Shown: one piece after another, positions 1 to 15,210 of the stretch
Layout: each line of letters starts with the position of its first letter
How positions within the stretch are numbered: the first letter of the stretch is position 1
NCBI RefSeq assembly: GCF_032062105.1
Contig: NW_026936106.1
Coordinates: 1 to 64,000, forward strand
DNA: 64,000 nucleotides
Direction: 5' to 3'
Source: Saccostrea cucullata
Taxonomy: Eukaryota
Notes under the pieces: generated by a model
What the model was told of the DNA's origin: nothing
Seen by the model: the letters and a program-made list of their open reading frames with translations, nothing else
Databases searched by the model: none
Translations under genes and position numbers: made by a program

Positions 1-654
1 GGAAATCTACCGTCCAGGTATTTTTGAGGGACCGTCTCAAAATACAGGTACATTTACTGTAGGATTATATAGGAAAATGCCAATTTTTAGCACTTTAAAG
101 CAAATTATACAAATACTACAATAGACTTTTTGTTCAAACTATAATATTTGATGATTAATACTATATTATACAAAATATATATAAGAAACACAAAATTCTA
201 CCGTCTTGTTACCAGAGGGGGAATCTCAAAATGCAAAAAATTAGCAAATTTTACTATTGTTATGGAGTATTACAAAATATGACGTACACAATGGATTCAC
301 ATGAAAACATAATGAAAATATTGAAGATATTCTCAAATTTCTATGTTTTAAATTTCAAGAGCGTATGTTTATTACTTTTTCTTAAATAATATTTTATTAC
401 CCCTTTCTTTAAGAGCTACAGATTATCATAACGTCAAAAACACACTGCAACGACGTCAACATACTTATCAATTGCAAAATCGGTTAAAAAATCAGTTAAA
501 TCAAATTGTAATTACATTTTTATACCCATAATTTCTTAATTTTGTTTAATTTTAATAATTAAGCGAAAAAAGTTGCATTAAAACAGTAAATACGCTTCAT
601 TTTACTATGATGCGCGAAATATTGTGCATTGGAAACAATAGTCGGCCCCCTTAA

Positions 655-835
655 ATGAAAATATGGAGATAACGAATAGTATTTAAGATCGAAAGTCCAT
701 AAAACAATACAAAATAGGAGCAGAGCAAACAAAGACCTCCGAAACATCAGAAGTGGGAACAGGAGCCATGGAGGAGTGAGCATTCCTTGCCGACCGGTCA
801 CTACCGCCGTGTGCTCCTTGTCATGATCGGGAAAT
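655..835 (-). mobile_element. 3' end fragment of Penelope-like retroelement
   Basis: Reverse complement of the 3' tail seen at 16590-16735 (gtgaccggtcggca..ggatgctcactcctccatggc..., tattttgtattgttttatggacttt). Confidence 0.7.
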
Positions 836-1224
836 TACGGGGGGAAAAATCTGTGAATGGGACATAAATGTAGATTTCTGGGACTCCAGATTTGGGATCG
901 ATGCCTTACAGGAGTAAACATGCTCTGCTAATAGGTCACAGCCTCCACGAGCGCTATGTATTGAGCAGTATATGGAACGTTCCAAATACAAATGTAGAAA
1001 GGAAATAATAATCTAACAAATGATATGATATACGGTAGCCATTTTACGACCCAGTGCTTGGTCATGTTTGTTGATAAGATCATTTGAACGTCCATAGACT
1101 CTATAGAATGTACTTCAACCAAGTAGTTGAAATCCTTGTAATATCAACTTGTGTGTGAGCAGTCTGCCTCAGTTTAAAAACTGATCATTTTTAGATCGAG
1201 CATGTTCTTGAGTAGCAAATAAGC

Positions 1225-1433
1225 ACTGTATGCACGGTTATTTTCGCCTTGTGTTATATTCGTCCTTCCATACTTTCAAACAATTTTGCACCGTTTTAAA
1301 TTCGCCCAGACATACTTTTGCTTAGGAGGTAATATTTATTCTTTGAATTCACCCCGTTTTAAATTCGCCCAATTGAGGGTAAAACAAAAGGGACGAAAAG
1401 AAAACGGGTGCAAAAATTTCTCTGTTTACTGTA
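1225..1433. mobile_element. Small degenerate MITE (actgta...-type ends)
   Basis: Imperfect inverted ends and internal tttaaattcgccc repeats. Confidence 0.4.
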
Positions 1434-3733
1434 TTTAGTTTCATAATTTGGAACTTGCAACAATAAGATATTTTCTAACGGGTATTGTTTGTTGCTACAT
1501 GTCGACCTCAAGCAATTTATAGAATAAGTAATGAATAGTGAGAACGCAGAGTAGACTTATATTTAATGCTCAAATCGTCTTACACGTCCTTACTGTAAAC
1601 AGACTATACTGGGAGGTACAAAGAGACTGTACTTTGAGTTTCAAAGAATTATGTTGTTGAGTGGCTGTTCATAGGAAATTAAATTGGGACAAGAAGCATG
1701 GTGCAATTCAAGACTTACCTATTCATTAGAACACATACCATCTTAAAGACCGTTTGTAATCTAGATAATGAACTAGATCGGTTAAAGAAAAGTCATTATA
1801 CTAAAGATAAGTCCTACATATTCCTTGTAAAATTTTAGATTATTCACACCCATATCTTTGGTAGGGCTCGGCTTTTCAATGGGAATTTCAGCTGTGGAGA
1901 TGTAAAGAATTATTGCATGAGGTTTCCAATGTAGTTTTGTGAACAGAGTCCAGAAATAAGAAGAGGAAAGACAAATTAATGCAGATGCAGCATGAGCATG
2001 ACCAATTACTTGCCACTGCAGAGAAAAGTGTAAAGATATGTTATTTCAATCTAATATGAAAACTGTCCTTTTTCACTGATTTAAGTACTTCTTTAACAGA
2101 CCAGTTGTTCATTTAACCAGGGTCAAATAAAAAAAAAAGATATGACAGACGTTCACGGACTTTTCGAACAACCCTCGAATATTCTTTAAATTTTCCTCAT
2201 CAAAAATTATGATTTAAAATAAGAATTTAAAATAGTCTATTTCTTTTTTAAAATGATGATAAACAGAATGTCAAGATTTCTATAAATAGATTGATCCCCC
2301 GGTCCCTCACCTGCATTCGCTCCTTGTCATGATATCCATAGACATTATATAAGTATGTAAATGGATATAAGTAACGAAAAGTCATTTAGTATTCATAATA
2401 CAGTGATATTTGCTGAACGTGCGAAATGTTTGTCCTGACTGTTAATATAGTGTTTCATTAACTATTCGTCAATAACTTGTCTCCTTTTAGAAAATTTTAT
2501 AACCTTAGGCATGCAATTGCATAACAAATCGATTTGGGACAAAGACTCTATTTTCTGATGATGAGTGTGAATATAAAGTGCAATAAATGTATCTAACACT
2601 TATTTCAAGTTCACTGGGATACATATATATTTCGTCAATAAATGACAGGCAGTAATTATTGTTAATTGATAATACGTCGTTGATGTATTTGTATATGTCT
2701 TTCTGACATGCCTCTGCAAGGTTTTTTTCTTTTCCTCATCTGATCATGGTGTATTGTTTTTTTTTTCCAGAAAAACAAATCATTAGTATTCTTATGTTAC
2801 AAAATCTCAGGCTTATTAATGAAGCTCAGATGAACTCATTTCCGTATACAACCCAAAATGCATAGGACTTTGTTTCATATGACTGTTAATTCAGTGCAAC
2901 TTTGAATGTTGGGAATGGATTGATATAAAAGTGCCATATCCTTAACGAAAAAGTTGATATAAAAGAAGAAAAAGATATGTTAATGTTGTATGTATGCTAT
3001 AATCAATAAGAAAATTAACATATACACTACTTTTTAATAAAGAAAAATGTAGCACAAAAATCTAGATATTTTTACAAAAATATTATAAATGAAAAGTTTA
3101 TATAAATTTTTCAAATAACATTTCAAATATTTCTTTGCAAAAAAGCATTGCTACAATTCACTTTGGAAAAATGCGCATTTTAAAAATTGTCTTCATGGTG
3201 CGTTAAACTTGGTACTCAAGTTAACGCACTTTAAAAAAAAAATCCTAGTGCGTCAATTTCGACCATATTAACGCACTTTGAAAACAAATACACACGACTT
3301 AAAGTAATCAATATTCTAACAAAATTTAGACATGGTAAATAATTATTGAACCCGTTTGTATAATGTATAATGTATCTTTGGTTATATCACTTGTGGATCT
3401 AAAATATATATACATATAATTCTAAAGTTTTCCATTTGATCCTTAGTGCTACGGGAAATGCGACAAATGGGAACCTAAGTTTGTATTTTCATTGAAAATA
3501 ATTTTTCAAAACACCATACTGTCTTAATATAGTCATTTGATACATAATTAAAAGTATAAAAATGTTTCTTATTCCTTCATAAGATAATAGCCCTTATTTC
3601 ACAGTTATTTAAACACATTTGGACTTATATCCCATGATTTTTTTTAAAATCCTAATGTTGTGAAAAATATTAACTTCAACTTTGTTTATTGAAATACACT
3701 GAATACAATTAACATTGTTAAAAGCATATTTAA

Positions 3734-4649
3734 GGTAGGATTCTTCTCACATTTCTTATATTTAAAAATTAATGAAATTTTCAGAGAATCAAGAGGACAA
3801 TATTACTAAGTGATGGTATCAGTGAGATTAAATTTGACCGTTTAATATTACAGGCAAGGTCAGGTCAAGGTCATTACCTTTTTCCTGGACATTAGGAATA
3901 AAAAATTACTGCTTCCAATCTTGCGATCCCTACTTGTAATTCAAAATATTGAATGTTTTTCTTTTTGCATAAAAAGATACAACCATATAGGGAATATAAG
4001 ATGATATTATTAAATTGACATAGATAATTCAAATGAAATGGATATTTGCTAATCCGAATTTCCTCTACTTTTCTTAAATCTTTAGGATATAATAGTTATT
4101 TTTATATGCTTCCTATATTTAACTTTTTCTCATTTTCACATATAGTAAAGTTGTCATGTAAAGGTAAAAAATGATACAAATACTAGAAGTTTTGATCGTT
4201 TAATAAGAGAGAAATAACACTTTTTACGGATTTTTGGTTCAAATCTGAACTTAGATTGGGAGCATTTAAAAGCCAACACAGTTCTAGTATGTGTGAAAAA
4301 TCTTGTTTATTTGATATATTTTGAAAATTTAGCCTCTTATTATTAATATAACTTACATTTGAAAATTTTGTCTTGTCTTTGATTGCGTAAAAATTATAAC
4401 TAGATTCAATGTTCTATACTAATTTTGAGAGGCAGAAAAGAAGATATTTTCATACGCCACAATTCCGCCAAAAATATAGTCCCTGTTAGTTTTCAAACGC
4501 AGTCTACCATTTCTATTTAAAGTTGTACAATTGTGACGAGGAAAGAAAAAAAATGGTCTTTTAAATCTCTTACGCCTAAATATATAAGACATATAAGCAA
4601 ATATACTTTGAATATTTCATCTAGTCAGAAACTAGAGAAGAATCCTACC
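3734..4649. mobile_element. Non-autonomous DNA transposon with TTAA TSD (Kolobok-like)
   Basis: Perfect 15-bp TIR ggtaggattcttctc / gagaagaatcctacc; TTAA at 3730-3733 and 4650-4653; no ORF. Confidence 0.85.
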
Positions 4650-7600
4650 TTAAGCGATATTAAGAGTTAAAAATCAAATACCACAATATTGTATGTATAT
4701 TTCAATTGGATTTCGGCGAAATACTGTTCTGGCAAGGGTTTCGAGATATTTCTAATTTTTTTAAAACTCCAAACATTTAGAATCGGTAGCTCTGACGGCC
4801 ATGTTTCGTGATCGTTAAACAAATTTCCAAGACAATCATCCTAAAAGTAAATTTATGTAATACCCGATTCTTGAAATATCATTGAGATCAAAATAAACCT
4901 TCAGCTATCTTCCTGGATAAAATATCACAACAGAAGATTAGTGTGAATTGTCATTTATTGAAAATGAGAATGAGTATTCAATACTAGTATACAATTGAAT
5001 TTTTTCAAAATACAATAAAAGAGGAGACCCATTCTTTTACATAACAAACTAAACTTGTATGATGATCTCCCCTGTAACATGTCAAAATAATGTACGAAAT
5101 AACACAACAAATTTTAAAAAATTACAAGCAAAGAGTTGGCGTTCAAAAATAAAACAGAAGCCCTCAAAAAGCCCTTATACTAAATAAATGCACAAATTAA
5201 AAAAAGAGGAGAAAACAAAGTTCAATAATAATATGAATTCATACATCTGGGTAGGAAAGAAAAAGAAATGGGTCGAGGGTTCTGTCAGACTTATTTATAT
5301 TTATTTTGACAGATACTATCAGATAGCTATACTAGCAGTTTTTGAAATTTTTAATCCCCGTCAAATGAAATTAATAACATTATAATGAAACGAAATATAT
5401 GGAAATAACGAAAAGTATTCAAGCTCAAAAGTCCAATAGATGATATAAAATTACAGCAAAGCAAATACGGATCAAAAGTCCATAAAACAATACAAAATAG
5501 GAGCTTAGCAAACATAAATTTGTATGGCGGAATAAGTATAAGGGAGGTTTCCAATTGAAAAGTTAAAGTCATCGCATTTGTCATACTTTCGATTAAGATA
5601 AGGGTACTTTTATATCAAATCATTCCGGACATTTAGAATTTCACTGAATTCAATTAAAAGTCATATGAACCAACGTTTTAAGAATTTGCGTTGTATGCGG
5701 AAATGAGTTCATCTGAGATTCTTTAATAAGCCTGAAATTAAATTAAATATATTTCTAAAAAAGAATAATGATGATTTCTTTTCTGGTTATTTTTCTAAAC
5801 CATGACCAGATGATACTATCTATCATCACTGCCCCATACTCTTTAGTACATGCATTTATAAATAAAGCTGAAATTAATTGACCGCGGTGTGAGAAAAAGT
5901 GAGCTGCGCGGGCCAATACTGATTTGTTTAGCTTTCGTACCTAGATACCCCTAGATAGCGGGTTTTCTTTGCGGTTGTAAAATTTGGCGATTTGCCTGGT
6001 CAGAGATATGCCAATAATTTTGACATAATTTATTTTTAGCGGTCAGAGTTTCAGCACTTTTCAGATAAACACTAAGAAAAGTACTAAATAATTTGGCGAT
6101 TAAACCTTTAGCGGGCTAACATGAAAACGCCAAAATGAGCTAAAATTAGCAACCCGCTAAAACAACCCACTATACGGGTAATTGCGAACCTGAACATCAT
6201 AAAGAAATGCTTTTTTTCCGATCAAAACATGTAGAAAAGTTATTAATTATGGATCAAGTACATCATTAAATTCCCTCTGGCTTTGTTTGCTGGACACCAC
6301 CACTCGAACGAACGAAATCGTAAAAAATCAAAATAATCAAACGTTATCCTGAATGTTTGTAAGACAAAAAAGTCTTTTTTTTTCATTTAAAGGAATGCAT
6401 TAACGGAATACATTTTTTCACGTATCTTGAAATATGGATGTTGTAGGAAATTCGTAGAAACCTGTGACAGCCATCACGTGAAGTGAAGAGTACACATGCA
6501 TAAGTCTAGGATCATTAATCGGGATTTGGAACAAATTATTTAACTTGCAATAGAGTTGCCTAAAGTTGACTTAATGACCCAAAGAGTTGAAAACGCCTAT
6601 AAGCCACATTTGAATTATACGTAAAGGATTAATCTAAACACTGTCTGGCATCATCGGGTAATACATGTAACTGGAGGTTTATAGATATTATTACTATCAA
6701 AGGCAGCTTTTCGATATAATGCACAAGTCATCAACCAATCTCCCAGATTTGGAAATAACGCGGGGTAAGCCTGTAAGACGTGTTGGGCGTATTCAAGCTT
6801 ACCTGATCTGTCTTATCCGTATTTGGGACGACGAAGCTGAATCCCAATGTGGATTTCCATTACCCATATATATAATTATATATATCACGAGATTGTTCAC
6901 GTTGCCTTGTTAAGCACCCTTTTACGTGTACGTAACGATTTCTTATTCATTTTCTAACAACTCAAAGAATACTTTGTCATAAAAGCAAATATTACAATTT
7001 TTCAGGTATGTACGTACTATAATTATGTTTCGGAGTATAGAATACAAAAGAGTAAAACTCCTTCGTAATTCTTTTAAAGAGAATTCACCAATATTGAATA
7101 AAAAACATATCAACAAGAAACCCGAGGGCTTGTATGAACATTTAAGTCATCTCACAATATGGAGAAATTCCACTGACCAAAGCCTAAGGAATTTCAACCA
7201 TGTATTTGTTACCAAAATGTCTACAATTAATAACAAATTAAAATACAATTTTTGGTATGGAAAAAAATGCATATCTGAAATCGAGTTCAAAATTATTTAA
7301 GGTTTAACCGCTCACTTTCTCAAAACGTAGTCCATCGAATTCAACTTTACTTATAAATATGCTTGCTACGGATTACATAATCATCTGATCATGGTTTAAT
7401 TTTCTTTTTCAGACAACTTATCATCAATATTCCTGTATTTGATGTAATTTTAGGCTTCTTAATAATATGAAAACCTATAGGGATCAATCAACAGAGAAAA
7501 AGAATTAAAAACCCTTACGAAAAGACGTAATAAAGCGAAAAAAAAGTCTAAATAACGCCTATTTAAAGGGGTTATTACGCCTTTCCATAAAAAAGGTGTT

Positions 7601-10600
7601 ATATAATTACGCCTTTCCAAAAGGCGTTATTTCGCTTTTTCATACCAAAAGAAGTTAATATGCCTTTCCAAAAGGCGTTATTATGCTCTTTGAGAAACCA
7701 TTATTTTGCCTTCGACAGGCCCCTAATTTTGTTACCCCCCCCCTCCTCCACTCAACTGCCCAAACTCAAGGGGGGACTTCTCGTTCATACTTTATTTCAA
7801 TGCAATAACTTTCCAGAGTTTTACCAAACTGCAACAAAATGTTAAGGAACCCAAAAGTGTGTGTGTGCGTGTGAGGGTGCGTGTGTATGCGAGAGAGGGT
7901 GTGTATGTTGGAGGGGGAGGGGGTGTAGAATATACCTTTGGCACTCATACTACCAACCTGTTTTAAAAGGAAAATATAAAGACATTATTGAATTGATTGA
8001 AGATTGAATCAAAACCATCTTTATTTAAGCAATTTTCTATAATCCTGCACATCTCACTGACAACTGTTTGCATTCGTTTTAAGAGAGGTCAACACTATAC
8101 TTGTGAAAAACTAGGATATAGACAGATGCAGATTGGCGCTTTGCTTGTCATATATTCAAATTCATGTCATTCAAAAATAAATTTCTCTCCTCTTGGAAAA
8201 AAAGTAGGCATACTATTTGCATGAGTATAATGAGCAAATGAAATCAATGACCCTTTATAGAGGTGTAGTTGGTATTAGAGAAGGCCTTATAGTCTGTTCA
8301 ACATTGAATATTTATTACGCATTTAAAACTTTTTTCCAGGAAATCTAATTTCTTTCTGTTAAAATTATTTTTTTTTTAAACTAGCCCTATATCTAATTGT
8401 GATATTCATGTCTTAAAGTTAAGACAAGTTAAGTAAACAAATTGCTAATCATTTAAACAAATTACTTATTTTTTAAAGCATTATTAAGGTGTAAAAGCTT
8501 TCTCAAGCATGTGTATTTTACCAGAGTTTTGAAAATCAGGTATTATGGCCTTAAATTCAATTCATTTTTTGAATAATTCTAATATACCTTAGGTAACTGA
8601 TATACTTTCAATATAGAAATTTAATTAAATTCATAAATTACTTAGTAATACTCAATCATAGTCAGTTATTAACAATTATATTAAGTAACCATATTACTTA
8701 AAATAAGTAAAACAAAATACTAAGCAATTTCATATTTTAAGTGAAGGGTGTTGTTTTAATTTTTGGTTCCATGGTCAGGGTTTCTTAATTTTCCTGGGTT
8801 GCTTTATTGATGATATTGTAAAAATTCTTCCGAAAATCTTCAGCTTGGTGCATAGTCATGATAATGAGGGTAAAAAACTGGAAGATAGTATCCTGTACCC
8901 TTTTTCGAATTTTTGAAATTCTTAAACATTTGGTCATGGGTTCTGGTGTTAAAGGGAGGGATTGTGTTGAACCTGTAGTGAAAATGCATCACTAAGTAAT
9001 TCTTTGATAATCTTCTCTACTCCTGGGCGTATTGGAGGCAACCAGAGTAAAAGTTTTAATAAGAAAAGGTATTTTTAACCAGAGTTTTGAAAATCAAGTG
9101 TTATGACCCTAGCCATGTCATTTTTTTTGCATCCTACTAAAAGAAGTTATATCACTCTTTTAAATCACTTATTCATAAATCCGTGCAAATAGTAATTTCT
9201 TTTTAAAAATATTCATAGAATAAAAAAAAATATATGCAAGAATCTATAATGTGTAATGCAAAAGTATGCCCATAGATTTCATCGTAAGTAGACTTGTAAA
9301 CAATAGATGAATTGAAATGAAATAAAAATAACTTATCAATCGTTTTTCTACGACCAACAGAAAGTAAAAATAAGAGGTTAAAATAGAATAGAATCTTTTT
9401 AGTTTAATAATAGTCTGAATTGTGATAGTGACGTATGGGAAACCGATAAGAATTTAATTTATTTTCTGAAAGCAAGAGTAATTATTTCGATAACCCTTAA
9501 CATTTTGCTTTTTGGTAGCAAATCTTTGTTTATCAGTTTACTTTATTTACTCTGTGGATCCTCTGAATTGTTTTATTATACCCACGTGACCGTTAAGGTA
9601 CTTATTCCTCTTTTTAAGCATGAGATCACACATTTTTCGTGGGTTGAATGTCCAAAAATGCATCTTAAGGTTCATTGATACTCTAATAAGAGAGATAACT
9701 CTTAATGACATAAATGTCTATTATTCCTTTATAGATTTGCCAAGTTGAAGTATCTTTCTTGTCCAGTTTTGCCCCGCAAGTTATGCTTAAACTGTTTGTA
9801 TTTTACTTATAAAATACATTTCTTTTAGAAAATCATTAAGATTCAAGCAACATTTTATATGAGAGAGCAGAGGGTTTATGAACCTTAAGTTCTCATATCT
9901 CCTTAAAATAATAAGGTCAATCCCAGTTTGTGACAACATAAATGATTTTGCTTTCAATAAGAGAAAACGAAAAATGAAATTAATTTTATAAAAAATATAG
10001 AAAAAATTTTATGAAGGCTTTTGCTTAATATAGAAAATTTATAAAAATAATAAATAAAGATACACCCCGGTAATTTAGAATAATGAATATAGAGTTCGTT
10101 ACCATCTAAAAACTTAAATTGCCATCATTCTCTCAAAAATCATGAAGCGGAACAAAATGCAAACTTGATCTATAAATAATTAAAAAAAACTCACATAATA
10201 AAAATTAGCTCAGTTCATCTTTTACAAAATTGTCTGTTTGTCCTCTCCCGACCGACGCGCATAAAATGTTCCGACTCGTCACTCGAAACTTTTTAAACCT
10301 AAGGAAAAGACAACTTTTGTTCTAAGTTTTATTATCCCATCAACTTTAAGAAAGTTTAAAATTTTCAGGAATTTTTTTTCACCTATATTTACCAATCCAA
10401 TTATTTTTTTTTTACCATAAATTGGAAAGGGGCAAACAAACATTTAAAAAATGGCCTCAAAATATCTGCAAACCTCCTAAAATCACGAATTAATCGGGCG
10501 AAATCTTTTCGTAAGCTTGAAATAACCACATGTATGGTTACATTTATCAACAAACATATATTGATTGAAAATATGTGATTACTCTGATCCTGTTCATAAT

Positions 10601-11174
10601 ATTACTTGTACATGTACTTCTGATATTTAATCGAAAAATATTTGGTAATACGACATTTGTCTGGAATATATAAATCTGCTAATAAAATCTCCTAGCCATT
10701 GCTTCAAAGGAAGAGTTATTTGAATGTTTGCAGTATCCACTTGAGCAGACAAATCCTTCCACTAATTTTTGCCACCGAGTAAAGTTTCAAGTAAGTAGAT
10801 TTGATTTAGTTTCCTATGTACTCCAGAATCTTTTTTTTTATTTTACGTTCTGAGAAAAACAATGTAGTAATGAACACTGCACAAATAAATAAATGAATGA
10901 ATGAAATAAAATAATTTAAAAACTCGGGTATTTTAAATTTGATATAAAAAAGCATATAAACAGTATCAAGAGTAAAATTCCTTATTATATATTTGATTAT
11001 TCAAAGAATATGATAACAATATTTTTATTTAAAAAAATCAGCACAAAATATTTTTTCATATACTGTGTATTAATTCAATGTATGAGGATAACTCTATAAT
11101 AGAAATTTACCTATGTTTTTGCCATTTTACGAATGTTACTAGTCGTAATGTTTTTCCCCACATTATCATCTATT

Positions 11175-11885
11175 TTTGATATCTCGACGACGTATTTGTC
11201 AATTAACAATTGTAATTTCCATTCTTACGTCAATATGGTATATCCTAGTGAGTCTAAGATAAAAGATACCACAGATCGAGTCTGACACATCTGTTTCATA
11301 TTTGGATATTTTACTTGAAAAGGATGTTAATGGTAATCTAACAACCAATCTCTATGACAAACGTGATGACTTTAAGTTTTCTATCGTCAACTTCCCTTAC
11401 TTATGCAGCAATATACCTTCATCACCTGCATACGGAGTTTATATATCTCAGTTGATTCGATACGCAAGAGCATGCTCTACGTATAAACAATATCTAAGAC
11501 GACGTTAATTATTGACAAACAAGTTGATGGAACAAGAATTTCAGCTGTCTCGTTTTAAGTAATCATTTCGTAAGTTCTATGGTCGATTCAATGACCTCAT
11601 CAGCAAATATAATTTATCATCGAGTCAAATGCTGACTGACGTTTTTCATACTAGTTGTTAGTGCATTATTTATACACTGAATTGACGACAGTTTTTTTCC
11701 CGTTATTTCCCTATAATGACAAGGAGCACAAAGTGAATGTGACCAGTTGACAGGGGAGGCTCACTGCTCTATGGCACCTGATCCAACCACCGATGTTTTG
11801 GAGGTCCTTTTTTGCTCTGCTCCTATATTTTGTATTGTTTTATGGACTTTTGATCTTGAATACTGTTCGTTATCTCCATATGTTT
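11175..11885 (+). mobile_element. 5'-truncated Penelope-like retroelement (RT C-terminus, degenerate)
   Basis: YLDD remnant near 11180, LYDKRDDF.FSIVNFPYLCSNIPSSPAYGVYISQLIRYARAC, in-frame stops, conserved 3' tail. Confidence 0.85.
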
Positions 11886-11994
11886 CATTATATATTAATA
11901 AACGAGTGCCAGCTTCGAAAACAGCAAAGTTCACTGCTTTTGATTTTTAGCTTGCCTGTGCGAAATAAAAACGATAATACTTGAACAAAGACTG

Positions 11995-12575
11995 AACACG
12001 GTAGCCTACTGGTGGAGCGTTTGCTTCTTAAACTAAAGGTCGGAGTTTAAATCTAGCTCCTACGCCGCACCGCATCGAATTTAACACCTAAAAACTGATT
12101 GATTGATTCATTGATTGATTGATTGTTGTTTTACGTCCAGTTCGAGAATATTTCTCTCATATAGGGACGTCACCATGGATATTTCACTCATAAAGAAACG
12201 TCACCATATACCGGCGAAGGGCTTCATATTTTTACTATTACTCGGCACTTACGGCAATTGAGCAGTGAGGGATCTCTGTCGTGCAAACGCACGCCGTGAC
12301 ATTAAAATCTCATCTGAAACCGCCCCAACTGTCATTTCAAGGTGTAGAGCGCGACGGAACAGTTGCTACCCATTTTGTATCCACTTGGGTCAGTCGAGAT
12401 TCGAACTCACGACCTTCCGAGCATGGAGCAAGCGCTAGATACCTTAGATCCGACTGAGCTACCGTGAACTGTTGTTAAAGCTAACAAAGGTAGTGACTGT
12501 TTCTTCGCCAGCGTCCGGCAATTCAAGTAAAAGCCATGGATCTTCGATTGAGACTTAAAAGTTCCGTGCCATGGT
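11995..12575. mobile_element. Nested tRNA-derived SINEs: a minus-strand SINE (~12100-12465, (ttga)n tail) inside a plus-strand SINE
   Basis: B-box-like gattcgaactc on the minus strand, ttga microsatellite tail, body similar to the SINE at 29680; A-box-like start at ~11998. Confidence 0.6.
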
Positions 12576-15029
12576 ACATATAACATGAATTCTTTTTCAT
12601 GAACTATTTAGGGTTAAATCTTTGGTACTATATAAGAGAGACAAATTTTAACAGTCGTGTTCTATTTAAGGTCAATATTTGGTATACTTATTACAAAAGA
12701 CGTGTTCTCAGCAAGTTAAATGAAATACAGGTGGGCGCTTATTATACATGAGTGTCTATAACAAAAATATTGCAATATTATAAAAGGAATAATGAACACA
12801 CATCTTGATACATGAGTTGATAGGAGAAAAACCAATCGTGAAAATACCAAAGAGAAAAATAAACGCCTTATTATGGACTAGATTTGTGGGTGTTACATTT
12901 GATCACCCATGTTTTTTTTTAAAATAGCTGAAACATTTTTTTTTTAAATAAGTACCTCTTATATTGGATAATTTAAACATTTCTTAATTAATATCAATTA
13001 ACCTCATAAGTGTTAAAATCTAAATGAATATAAATTCAAACGTGCAATTATTCATTCAAGTTGTATTTGTACATCATCTACAAGAATCATTTATAAAGTC
13101 CGAGGGCGCTTTTGATTGGCATTCGGCAGGAATCTGGACGTACTCGAAAAGTGAAAATTTTATCGACATGTCATATGAAATTTAAACATTTTTTTTTATT
13201 TATCGGGTTCCTGTGAATTAAGAAAGGAGAATAATTTCCCGATAGTGAGTTTTGATTTGCTTAAAAATAACTTCAAAATTGGCTAGATCAGACATTTAGT
13301 ACAAAATGTTTCATTTTTAAACACGTTTTTCTAAAATTTTTCTATCTCTGGGTCTTCTCTCCATGATTTTGAAACGTTATTTGTGTGTATTTGAATTCAA
13401 AGAAACGAACATGCATTTGTAAAAAATGGAGAGAAGACCCAGAGACCATAAAAAATGAACTTTTTCCAAAAAATCCAATTGTGTAAATGTGGTGCTTCTT
13501 TGTCTATATCTAAAGTCCACTATATGAGTAGCGGTGATAGCTCAGTAATATGCATTACCTGTTCAGTGCACCAGAAATGAAAAGTTTTTGATTCGAGCCT
13601 CGCATGGGGCGTTAATTTTTTTTAATGCAAACAATCAATTCTTTTGTCAGTTACAATTTATGTACTGATTTATTCAAATTTTGAATTAGATAAATTTTGG
13701 TTCAGTTGCACCAAGAGCGAAATCAATTTCAATCTTCTATTCTACTTGCACTTTAATGTACATGTACACTTATTATATGTCTTTTATCTAATTGGTGTTT
13801 TTAATAATTTTTTTTTGGTGAAGCATTCCTTTGTTATTGTATTTCCTAAGAATAACGGGTAATAAATAGTACACTGGTATTCCAAACTTAATGAAAGAAA
13901 AATCCTAATGGCTGTGTTTGTAAAATCTGACCAGCTACGGTCAGCCAACCAAATCATGGACATTTAAACCACAAATGTTTCGTAGAAATGATTCCTGCAG
14001 ATCACACGCCAAATGCGCCCATCTTCTTTATAAACAGCGGCAAAAATGTCAATGTTTAATTCAAATGAAAGGTTTTCGTTGCCTCAGAGCAGTAGGTGTA
14101 AATCTATTATGTCTAATCAAGTCGAAAAAGATGGTCAAAAAGATTTCTTCGAGCATTAAGATATTTTTTTTACAAACAAAGAAAAAAATGATAGGCATCT
14201 TCTTGTTTACCACACAGGTATTTGTGGACAGGACCCCCCCCCCCCCTCCCCCCAATATACACCCCTGGTCAAAATATTTTTATTTTTTTTTTATGAATAA
14301 TATTATGTTTCTAGTACTTTTTTTTTTTAATTTTATTTTATTTTATTATCCATTTTATTACATACAGAATCAAATTAAAGTAACAGCAAAATTACAATTA
14401 TGGATATTTAACACTCACACACCCATCCATACATCCATTTACATTTTAAATTGATAATGAAGGTTGCTTTATAATAATCAATTGTCTCTATCATGCAAAC
14501 TAATTTAAGCAAACATCTAACATATACCTGTGTAATCTTACATTTGTTCAAATATATTTTTCCAAAGAATCCATTGTTCTTCAAAATAATGTAGATTTGA
14601 ATTGTTGATAGATAGGCATCTTTCAATATTGTATTTCATTTTCAAAAAGCTTAGTAAACCAAGAAGTGAAGGTATTCTTGGTTGCAATAAACATGAAAAA
14701 ATATATTGTTTTGTGTATAATACCATAAAGTTTTCAATTCTATTATCATTTGTAAATGGTGATTCACCTATAATAATATTTTTAACATTAAATGCAATTC
14801 TTTTTGAAATTGTTCTGTATACATGTATATGTAAACTCAAGTTCCTCCATAAAGATATAATATGGTCACAATGAACAAATACATGCAGTACAGTTTCAGT
14901 TTCTTGGGTACAAAACTTACAAACATCAGTAGTTTTTATATTGATTTTCTTAAGATAAGAATCTACAGGGAGGATCCTATGTAAAATTCTATATTGTAAC
15001 CACTGTACAGAAGACTCAGAAGTAGTCTA

Positions 15030-15210
15030 GTTTCTAGTACTTATTTACAATGTATTCCACGATTTAACGATTTACTAAAAAAAAAAGTAATACCCCTGGT
15101 ATTATAAAATAGAGGGGTATGACTTTTTTTTTTTTTAGTAAATCGTTAAATCTATGTTATTTTTGGATTTTTCATATGGAATACATTGTAAATAAGTACT
15201 TGAAACATAA
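15030..15210. repeat. Palindromic MITE-like repeat; related pieces at 14225-14320, 17830-17870 and 18130-18290
   Basis: Inverted arms gtacttatttacaatgtattcca...gatttaacgatttactaaaa / ttttagtaaatcgttaaatc...tggaatacattgtaaataagtac. Confidence 0.7.

Noticed and set aside
1590-2060. Possible decayed coding sequence (..RNKKRKDKLMQMQHEHDQLLATAEK..)
   Set aside because: Multiple stops and no family I can identify.
13528-13615. tRNA-like sequence (tagctcagt...gattcgagcc)
   Set aside because: No convincing cloverleaf; probably a decayed SINE or TE-internal piece.
13975-14874. ORFs of 60-159 aa in AT-rich sequence
   Set aside because: Low-complexity, homopolymer-driven translations without domains.
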